Virus record (IMG/VR): IMGVR_UViG_3300030099_004448
Coordinates: 1 to 64,000 of that record
DNA length: 64,000 nucleotides
Direction: 5' to 3' (one strand)
The notes beneath the pieces were generated by a model. The model searched no databases. It was given only the letters and a program-made list of their open reading frames with translations, and was not told the origin of the DNA. Shown here piece by piece: positions 6,302-18,300 of this stretch. How positions within the stretch are numbered: position 1 is the first letter of the stretch; each line of letters opens with the position of its first letter. The position numbers and the translations under genes are program-made.

Positions 6302-9300
6302 ATGACAGAAAAGAGAGTTAGCATCAACGAGATTATCGAATCTCTGATTCCTGATTTCCTACTTCAGGATTCTCCTACGTTTACTAGTTTTCTTAAACAA
6401 TACTATAAGTCTTTGGACTATAGAGGTGGTGCGGCTGATCTTGCGGTAAATTTAAAGGGATATAAAAATATTGAGGAGTTTACTACTCAAAATTTAATTC
6501 CATTTACTGTATTACAGCAACAATTAACCATTCTTACAGATACGATTTCGGTAGTTAGTACTGAAGGTTGGCCAGATAAAAATGGTTTGTTAAAAATTGA
6601 TAATGAAATTATTCACTATAAGACTAAAACAGCGACAACTTTTGAAGGTTGTTCCAGAGGTTTTAGTGGTATTGATTCTATCAAATCTGCAGATAATTCT
6701 GAATTTTTAAGTTTTTCGTCAACAACAACAGATTCTCACTCTGCTGGTGTACTTGTTTATAATTTAAGTAATCTATTTTTAAGAGAATTCTTCATTAAGT
6801 TCAAATCTGAGTTTCTTCCTGGATTTGAAAATAGAGACTTTTTTGAAGGCATTGACATTCAAAATATATTAACCAGAGCAAAAGACTTTTACAAGTCTAA
6901 AGGAACAGATACTTCATATAAAATTTTATTTAAACTTCTCTTTGGGGAAGATATTGAAATTATTAAACCACAGGATTTTACACTAATTCCTTCTGATAAT
7001 AATTATTTTATTACTAAGAATGTTCTTTTAGAAAAGGTAAGTGGTGGAGATCCTTTACTTATCAAAGGAAGTCCTCTTTTTCAAGATATAAGCGGAATCG
7101 GTACAGTATCATCTTCCATCTACAACATTGAGTATAGACCTATAGATGGAAAGGACTTCTATGAGGTCTCACTGGACTCTGCGGACTTTAACAACCTCTT
7201 CGAGGCATCTGGAAAAACAAAACTGTTAGAGGACGTTCCAGCGGGGTCTGACACCATTCTAGTAGACTCTACCGTTGGATTTTCAAAAGCCGGTAACGTT
7301 CATATCAAACCAAAAGGTTCTGATTTTTATATCAACGTTTCTTACACCGATAAAACTGTCAATCAGTTTTTAGGATGTCAGGGAATTAATGCTGAGTTAG
7401 AAGTAAACTCTTCTATTGTTGAAGATAAATTTGCTTACAGTTATATTGGATTTGGTCAAACATCTAAGGTAGATTTTTTACTTACAAATGTTGTAGATAG
7501 TGTTGATTTTAGTAACACTTCAAATCTAAAGGTAGATGATCTTGTAACTCTTTCTGGATTTGGTAAAGACCTTAGAGATTTTAGAGAGTTTAATAGTTGG
7601 TTCTATAACATTCCCACAGATCACAGTATTAATACTGTAAATCAGGTATCTTCTAATAGTTACAGAGTTACTTTATTTGATACAATTATTTTTTATATCG
7701 GTGAGAATGTAAGCCTCTCCGATAAGTTTGATAAAACTTCAAATGGAACTATTGTTGATATTGTATATCCAAGTGCTAGTGAAACAAAGAAATATGCCCA
7801 AGAAGTAGTAGTACAGATTACAACACCAAATCATACTATTACAGATTCTGTTATTTTATCAAAAAAAGTAACTAAAGGTAGTCACTACACAAGTCAATAC
7901 GATTACATATCTAAAATTCCTACAGGAGTTCAAAACACTTATATTACTCCCGATGAAAAGAATTTTTATGTAGCATCTACTGGACTGCCAAATTATCAAA
8001 TATTTGCAACCGATACTCGAAAGGATTTAACAGTTGTTGGCGTGAATACAACTGAAATAATTGATTCGACAAATCATGGATTCTATGATGGTGAAAATGT
8101 TTACTTCATACCTACCAATTCTTCTGCTATTGGTGTAGACACTGGATTTTATTTTGTAAGTTATATTAGTGATGATAAGTTATCCTTATCTTTCAGTAAG
8201 GCAGATTCTTTCGGCAACAAACACGTTTCATTTACTCCTAGTGGTGGGTCAGTTGGCCAACTCTTTAGAGCTTCTTATGAGAATAAAGAGATACAGAATC
8301 AAAAACTATTCAAAAAGTTTAGTTTGAAGGAAGAGAAGACTTTCTTCGACGATAAAAACCGCAGATCCACTGATAACAAGTATATTGGAATGCTTGGTAA
8401 TGGTGCGGAAATATTATCACCAACTTTATTTGATGAAAATGTTTACTATGGAAGACTGACTGATATTGAAGTTACTAATTCTGGTGAAGACTATGATGTT
8501 ATTAATCCGCCAGAATTAGAAGTTGTTGACTCTCAGGGATCTGGATGTAAAGCACACGTCAATGTAAGTGGATCTGTTCAGGAAATTAAAGTACTTAAAG
8601 CCGGTGTTGGATACGCAACCAAACCAGAAATTTCCATCAAAGGTGGTAACGGTACTGGTTGCGTTTTAGAATCAAACTTAGTTAAGACTAGAACGGTTCT
8701 GCAATTTAAGCCAACTCAACCTGGTATTGATATTGCTGCAAATACTATCAACTTTGGAGCAAATCATAATTTACAAATTGGCGAAGAAGTCATTTATAAC
8801 AGTAATAAAAACTCCAATATTGGTGGTTTAGTTGGTGACGCACATTATTATGTCTCTACACCTACTGCACAAATTGTAAAACTTCACAGTACTCCACAAG
8901 ATGCTACTTCTGGTATTAATACAATTAGTATTACTGGAATTAGTTCTGGTTTCCACTCTATTGAGAGTCTAACTGTAAAAAATACTATAAGCACTGTTTA
9001 TGTAAAAGAAAAAGGAGAGGGGTATTCAAACAGAGCTGTTAAAATTCCATCCGAAAATACTTTTGGTAATACTGCCGGCATTAACACATATGATTCTTAC
9101 ATCTATGCAAGAAGACATGGATTTAATAATGGTGATATAGTTCATTATTTTACTTCAGATACTCCTCTATCTGGAATGAGCACAACTTCTGATTATTATA
9201 TTACAGTACTTAATGCAAATCAATTTAGAGTTTCTGTTGCAGGAACTATCGAACCAACATCAAACTATACTGAAGGTAACTACGTCAACTTTACCGACAT

Positions 9301-12300
9301 TGGAGTTGGTACTCATACCTTTGCTTATCCAAAAATTACTATCACCATAAACGCTACTTCAGAACAAGGTGATATTGATATTGTAGTTCCAGAACTAGAA
9401 GCTAAGATTCTAGGTTCTATTGATGATGTTTTTGTGGAGGATGGTGGTGTTTCATATGGATGTACTAGTCAACTCAACTATCATAGAAGACCTGATGTAA
9501 GAACTAAACAAATTAGTTCTAGAGCTCTAATCGCTCCTATTATCGTTGATGGTACTATTGTAGACGTTAAGATTATTAATAAAGGTCATGGATATAGACT
9601 TGATTCCGACATTATAGTTACTGGAGATGGTAATTTTGCCGACCTGGTTCCTACGGTTGAAGATGGGAAGATTACATCGGTCAGAGTTCTTAATGGTGGT
9701 GTGGGTTATAATAATGCCAATACTGTACTCACTGTTGAAGCCAGAGGTCGGGACGCCAAGTTCTTGGGCAATGTAACTAACTGGAAAGTAAATCAAGTAG
9801 AAAAACTGAAAGATCAGTTCTCTGATGAAGATGATGGATTCCTACTTCCAAGTAGAAATGAATCTTTAGGACTTCAATTCGTTAATTTCTTTGTTCCTAA
9901 AAAACTTAGAGTTCAATTGAGTGATAACTTTACTCAAAATAATGTAGAAACTCCTAACGATAAAGTACACTCTCCAATCATAGGATTTGCTTATGATGGC
10001 AATCCAATTTATGGACCATATGGATATCAAAATCCTCTTGGTGGAGGTATCAAACAGTTACAGGCTGGATACGAAGTTTTAGTGGATAATACTCCTGGAA
10101 TAAGACCAACATCTTCAAAATTTATTGCTGGATTCTTTGTAAATGATTATGTTTATACAGGAACTGGAGATCTGGATGAAAGTAATGGAAGATATTGCAA
10201 AACACCTGAATATCCTGATGGAGTTTATGCATACTTTGTTTCTCAAACAACAGATCAAAGTGGAAAATCTGAACCAACTTTCCCATATTTAATCGGACCT
10301 TATTTCCATTCACAACCCATTGAAGAAAATTTCTTACCTTCAATAAATCAAGATGTTGATTTTACTGATCATGGTCTAACAAGGAATGTATCTCAATATT
10401 ACATTACCTCAAATAATTCTAAGTATAGACCAATTGATAAAGTTGATGAAAAGTTCAAACAAGAATTCAGAGTTTCTGAAATTAGAACATCTGGTATTCA
10501 AGACACTGCAGTCTTCTCTCCAGGGGATAATTACAAAACTGGTGATACACTTGTAATTAAAAATAGAGGTGAAAGTGGTAGTGGTGCAAATATTGCTGTT
10601 TCAAAGATCAAAGGCAAAACTGTAAGTTCATTCTCTGTGAATGAAACTGTAACTTCTGGTGTAGTATTTGATCTCAAAAAGTCAGATACCATTGAATGTA
10701 AACTTACAGATCCTCATGAAATTTTAAATAATGAAATTATCAATATTTCTGGAATTTCAACAACTTCTTCCAAATCTATTGAAGGTAATAGATCCGTTTC
10801 TATAAGGAACAAAACTACTAAGTTGACTGCTGATATGATCAGCGCCACTGGTGTAACTACGACAATTTATGTAAATGATATAAGTGGATTCCGTGTCGAA
10901 GACATGATTGGAATTGGCACTGAAGTTTGTAGAATTATTAGAATTGATCCAAAGAATAATTCTTTCGATATTAATAGACTTCAGTATCCTGGAATTCATA
11001 CAGCGTTTAATGATAATCATCTGATTAGTTTAAAACCAACTGTCTTTGAGATTAAAATTGGCCCAGATGAAATCCCAAATGATTATGTTTATACTAATGA
11101 AGTAACTTATTTTGATCCAAAAGTTACAGTAGGAACTGGAACTACTGGATCTGTTAGAAGTATATTGGGAGTTGGTGGAACTATTGTTGAATATCGAACT
11201 GTTCCTAATAGTGCAATTTATATTCCAGAACACAAATTCTTTACAGGTCAAGAACTCAAATATCATGTAGGACTTGCTGGCACTTCTCTATACATTAACA
11301 ATGTTGGTTCTGGTGTTTCCATACCACTTACTGATGGTCAAACTGTATATGCAGTGAATCTAGGAAAAGATCATGTTGGTATTTCTACTATCGGATTTAC
11401 TTCAACTACTGGAATTGGCACACAATTAAATGCTGCAGAATTTGTAAACTTTGATTCTAGTTTCCCCTTGGTAGGTGCTGCACACTCTCTTTCTACCACT
11501 AATCTAGAAATTACTGGAACTATTGAAAGATATAGTGCATCTGTCGGTACTGCAGTAAGTCATGGATTGACTTCCAGTGATAGAATAACTTTCTCTATCA
11601 ATAACCGAGAAGTTGATAGTATATCTGTATTCTATAACCCCGTCATTAGAAAAATGATTACGGGTCCAGTATCATTTGGAAGTAGTGATATTTCAATATC
11701 TGATAATACGATTGATCTTTCTGGTGAACAAATCGAACAGGGAGAAAAAGTAGTCTATAAAGCAACCACTCCCGCTACTGGACTTTCTAATGATAAAATT
11801 TATTATGTACTCAAAACTGATAAAGATAAAATTAAGTTAACTGAGAAATTCAGTGATATTGATAAAAATATTGTTATTGACATTGATAGTGTTGGTGGAG
11901 CTGATCACGAACTTTACAGAATAAATCCACCACTCAGATTTATTAAAAATGATACTATTTCTTTTGATGTTTCGGATGTAAGTCTTTCTGAAATGGATCT
12001 TGAATTCTATGAAGATCCAGATTTTACTAGAAGGTTAGAACTTATTGGTAACTCTGAAGATGGATTTGCAATTGAAAGAACTAATAAACCAGGAGAAACC
12101 GATGCTAAGGTAGAAATTAAGACCACAAACAGTCTTATTCCTTCTGCACTTTATTACACACTAATTCCAAAAGGACCTACTGACGTTAGAAAAAATCAAA
12201 TTTCTAGAGATTTGGAAGTAGTAGGTTCTAATAAAATTGATATTGTACCACACTCTTTAAATACGGATTATCTTGTTACTGTAAGTGACAATAGTACTTT

Positions 12301-15300
12301 CTTGTTCAATTTATTGAGAAAACCCAGTGATTCTGAAAAGTCTTCTTATAATAGCGCAAACACAACTGTAACTTATACAACCACTTCAAAAACTGCAGAT
12401 GGACCTATTGATAAACTTAGAATTAACTTTGCAGGAGTTGGATATGACAGACTGCCTATCATTGAAAGCATTAAAACCGTAAATGGAAAGAATGCAAATA
12501 TCAAGTTAATTTCTGACGATATTGGTAAAGTCGAGAAGTATGCAAGAGTTAAAGATGGATTTGATTATCCAACTGATCCAACCTTATCTCCACTTCTGAG
12601 CACTCCATCGGTTGTGGGTATTAAAGATATCAGAACGATTGATTACATCGGTATTACAACTGGTGGTAGAGGATATAATCAAACACCAACTCTTATTGTT
12701 CCTGATAACACAAGTATTAAGTTAATTCCTACATTGGAAGGTGGTTCCATTACCAAAGTTGATGTTGCTCAAAATGCAATTGATTTTAGTGAACCTCTTG
12801 ATATTGTAACTATTCACCATTCCCAGGGATATGATATCGATTTCTTTACCATCAACGGTAGTTTGATAACGGCAGAACTTTCAAATACAGACATTCTAAC
12901 TTCAGGTGTTACTACAGCGTTCCCATTTGATGTTGGAGATGAAGTTTACGTTGAAGGTTGTAGATTAACTGCAGATTCGGATCACTTAGCAAACTTTAAC
13001 TCTGATGTATATGGTTATAAGTTCTTTAAGGTAACTGGAATTAGCACTACAAATAATACCGTCACATATGATATGACTGGTATTGCTACTGGAACATTTG
13101 GTGTATATGAAGATGGAATTACTCTTGGATATCTTGTTAATAAAAAACAAGTTCCACAATTTGAAATGGTATTGAAAGATGATGTTAAGTATCTTTCAAA
13201 AGAAAAAGTTACTGGTCCAACTTTTGTTGGCAGAGTCATGGAAGGTGGATGGGATAATGATCTCAACCAGTTGCGTGTTGGAAATTCATTTGGTCAACTT
13301 AGAGATGGTGATAAACTTACTGGAGAAAGTTCTAAAGTCATTGGAACTATAGAATATTTTAGCATCTTTAACTTACGCTCTACTCTTGGAGTTTCTAGAG
13401 ACAAAGTTGGAGAACTTGATAGATCTGTTGGAATTTTAAATGATTTCCAACAAAGAATATCTGATAATTTCTATTATCAAAAGTTCTCTTATTCAATCAA
13501 GAGTCAACTGAGTTATGATAAGTGGAAAGAACCAGTAAGATCTTTAATTCATCCTTCTGGATTCAAAGAATTCTCTGATTTTGAGTTTATTACTCAGCCA
13601 ACTCCTCAAGAAGTAAGTGTTGGTATTGCTAAGTCTGCCGACCTAAAACCAATTGTTGTCGATAGCACTTCTTCTCTATTGGTAAACGTTGATAAAGAAG
13701 TTTCTTTTAACGATAGAATTGGTTTTAACATGGTTTATGAGGAAGATCTACTTCCAGACGGATCTACTCAAAAAATCTATATGGATGGTGGAATTCCAAT
13801 TAAGAGTTATATTCTGAGTAAAACGAACAAGGTTATTAAGATTGACAATATTGATGATCAATTTGATGGAACATCCGTACAACAATTAGATGGAACTTAT
13901 GCAGACGCTTCTGATCTTTTAGATCTGAATAGACAATTCTTAATTGATGAAGTTCTTGCAAAAGTGAATTATAATTATGTTGCATTCTCCACCAGTGCAA
14001 GTTATGACGAAGCTGCATTTAAAGCAAAAACTGGTAGATTAGTTGATGCAGTTTCTTCTGATCTTAAGTATAATGCAAACAGTCATACTGTTAGTGTTGC
14101 ATCTTCTTATTGGAGTGGTGGTAACTCTATTGGCATCAATACCACTGAAACTATCTACGGATTTAATTATCTGCGTTTCCTTGGACAATATGTTGTAAAT
14201 AACCAGACACCTCCAACATATTATCAAACAGGAACACCTCAACTCTTTAATCTGAGTGTTCTTCAAGATCCTGCAAATGATTATTTCGTTCTTAATCATG
14301 ACGCAAGAGATCTTATTGTTGAAAATAAAAGAGAAATTCTTGATAAGGCTCTTGCATCGGTTGCTGTTCCTTATCCAACATTCATTATTCCAGGTAGTAC
14401 TGCTAATGAGGAACAAAATAGATATGCAATTGGTTATAAACTAGTCAAAGAAAATACACAACAAATCATTAATGAATCATACAACGCTAGTGTAGCTCAA
14501 TATACTGGAATTGCTACTCAAGAAACTAAAGCTAGAAATGTTCTAGCACGATTTGTTGATGCAGTTGCAACTGATCTGTTTACTGGTGGTAACAGATATG
14601 CACGTCAAGAAGCACTTTATTACTTCGATGGACCAATACCTGATAATGACAAGTTAGTCATTAAGGCAGAAGAAACTAATTATCTTTTCAATCAAGCGAA
14701 AGAAAAGATGAGACTTGCCGTTAGAAACGGATTGGGTGTTACTTATGCCGCTTCTGAAGGACCACCAATATATGGTGTTGGTACAACAGTTGGAAATAAT
14801 GAATTAAATACCTGTCAAGATGTCCAAAATACAATTATTACACTTTCTGCTGTTGTAACTGGACCTATTGGTATTGCAACACTCACTTCTTTACCTGCAG
14901 AGAATGTTGGAACTTATTCCACTGGTGTTGCTAAGTGTTTCAGAGATCTTAAATTTATAGTTGATGGTGTTGCACAAGATATTGCATATGACAGCAATCA
15001 ACATACGATAAGAAACACCAAGTTCTACTTCGATGCACAGGGCAATCAAAAGACTGATGGTCTTGTCTATGAAGAAGCTGAGTCTATCTACATCTTCAGA
15101 ACCGCAATGGATTACATGAAGAAAGCGGTTAGAAATGAGTTGTACTATACTGATGATACTATTGTTCCTCTTAATCTACCTGGTGTTGGTGCTAGTGCAT
15201 ACACTGCAAGTATTCAAACCGACATTGAATCCCTAGTTGGTATTCTGACGGTTGCAATTGGAAATAGTAGTCTTGCTTCAATCCCCACGGTTGGATTTGG

Positions 15301-18300
15301 TACAGGTGATTGTGCTAACGTTAGACAGTCACTACGTACCTACGTTGGTATTGCAACTAACATTATTGGAATTGGTACAGATTATGGTCCTGGAACCGTT
15401 ACATATCCTTCCCTGTCTAAGGGTGGAATTATTGTTGGTCTATCATCATTCAAACTTAAGTCTGATGGTCAACCATTGTTTAAGAAGACTTTCGATTCTT
15501 CCGATACTTCTATTGTTAATACGGTAGATAATATTCTTACTTTTGCAAATCATAACTTCCAATCTGGTCAAGAGATGGTTTATAACCCTCTTGGTGGAAC
15601 TAGAATTGGTATTGCAACTACCTCATATGCGACGGGTGATAAAGATATTATCATGGAAGTTGATAATATTTCTGGTAGTGGAGTTAAGAATAATGGAATT
15701 GGTCAACCAGTTACGGTGACGGGTGTTGCAACTGTTCTTGTACCAGCAGGACCAAATACGCAACTCTTCAATGATGTTGTTGGTACTGGAGCTACCAATG
15801 GCGAAGGAGTTGTAGTTGATGTTATCGTGACATATGATCCTTCAAGTGGAGTTGCAATCTCTACTGCTGGATCACTTGTAAAAGCTGGTAAGGGCTTCGG
15901 TGTAGGTGAAGTTGTAACAATTGGCGGTACATTTTTTAATGGATCTTCTCCTGCAAATGACTATACATTTACAGTAACTGCTGTTGGACCTAGTGGAATT
16001 CAAACTGAAGCTAACAATACTTACACAAATGTTCCTGGTGTTTCTGTAGTTGGTACTGGTGCATCCTTTACTATCACTAGAAATAATACTGGACAAATTC
16101 TGGATGTAACCGTAAGTAAGGGTGGTTCTGGATATACCAATACTGGTATTGTTACTATTTCTGGTGCAAATCTTGGTGGCGCTGCTCCTGGTGATAATAT
16201 TACTTTTATTCCAAGTGTTCTCGGAAGAAATACCCTTCCAAATACAGTCTTCGTACTCAAACAAAGTGATTCGGAATTCAAGTTATCTGGATTATCCACT
16301 GCACTTCCTTTTGATATTACTTCTGTCGGTCTGGGAACTGCAACTATTCAACTTAAAGATCCTAATCCAAACACCAGTATTGCAATTGACGGTATTGTTC
16401 AAAATCAACTCAGAAGAAAGAATCTTGAAATTACTCTTGGATCAGCTGTTGGATTGTCAACGAACTTAATTCAAGTCGCTGTTGGTATTAATTCACTTGT
16501 CACTGATGATATTATCAATATTGATAATGAGTACATTTTAGTTAAGTCTGTTGGTACGGCAGGCACCGATATCTTGGAGGTCGAGAGAAACTATCTTGGT
16601 ACGGTGGGTGCAGCATATACCGTTGGTGCTGCTACCACAATTATGAGTGGCGATTACAATATTGTTGGCGATACCATCTTCTTCACTACTCCACCTTACG
16701 GTAAAATTGGTCCAGTTGGTCTTGAAACGGGATCTACTTTTAATGGTAGAGCATTCAGTAGAAGATTTGATCCAGATAAGACTGAAGATCAGAATGTAGT
16801 ATTTGATGATATTTCCCTTGCATTTACTGGTATCGCAGCTACTGAATTTACTCTTAAGGTTCAAGGTGATACTACTACTGCAGCATATAACGATGTAAAC
16901 AAAGGAACTGATATCAATAACAATCCTTTTGTCTTTATCAACAATGTATTCCAACGTCCTAGACAAGACTTCACTGTTGATGGATCTTCTGCAAACGTTT
17001 TGAGATTCCTCACAGGAACTCCAAGTGCAGGTAGAATTTCTAAGGTTGCAATCACCACTGGATTTGGTTATCAAACACCTCTGGCTGCATCTGGTATTGC
17101 AAGTGTTGGTAATGGTATTTCTGGAGTAACTACTTCAATTTCTACAGTCGCTGAAGACGGACAAGCACTAACGTTTAGTGCTGACGGTACTAAATTCCTT
17201 GTTGGTGATAAGACTGGTGATCCTGATGCAATTTTTGTTGGTACTTTATCAACCGCATGGGCAATTGATAGTGTTTCTGGAATTACTTCCGTTTCTTTCA
17301 ATCATGATGGTGGTATACATGGTATGGTATTCAATGATGATGGAACTGAATTGTGGTTCACTGGCACATCAAATGACTCTATTAAGAAAATAACTCTTGC
17401 AACTCCATATGATTATACGACAAATGTAGGAACTTCTACGAACACAGTTTCTTCTGCTGATCTTAGTGCCATTCAGGACCCAGTAGTGAGTGGGCCAATA
17501 TCCCCAAGAGGGCTTGGTATTTCTTCCACAGGATCTTATGTTTATGTACTCGAACTGAATGGTATTGTCCAGGTTAAATTGGACACTCCTTGGGATCTTG
17601 ATTCTTATAATGTTGGACTGAGTACTTATGTTCAAGTTGATGGTTCAAATGGTGTCACGGAGTTTGCTGGTGGACCAACATTGGACAACCCCAGGGGAAT
17701 TACATTTGCTCACAATGACACTTACATGTATCTCGTCGATTTAACCCTCGATGCTGTACTTGAATATAAGTTATCTACTCCTGGTGATGTACGAACAGCA
17801 TCTTATGTAAGATCTCAATCTGCTCCCAATAATCCAACTGATTGTTTCTTTGGGGATAACAAGTTCTTTGTATTGCAGGAAGAATCATTGAGCACTCTTG
17901 ACTATACGGGTCAACCAGGAACAATCTATGATGTTAAGTTGACTGGTTCTGGTAGAGGATATCAATTTAAACCAGGAGTAAGTATTGCATCGTCTATCGT
18001 TGGAACTGCGGCATCTATTACTACAGTCCTGGGCGCTGGTGGTACTGTAACTTCCTTTATTGTGAGTGAAGTTGGTGCTGGTTACAGTGCATCTTCTCCA
18101 GTTTCTCTCCTTGTGACTCAACCAACTGGATATTCAAATATGGATCTCCACTACGCTGGTGTAAGTACTGGTATTGGTATTGAGGCAACTGCAAAAGTTA
18201 AGATAGGAGTTGGTTCAAGTATTGTAGATTTTGAAATCGATGATCACGGAAGAGCTTACAAGGTAGGCGATAAACTAATTGTTCCTGGATTGATTCAAGA

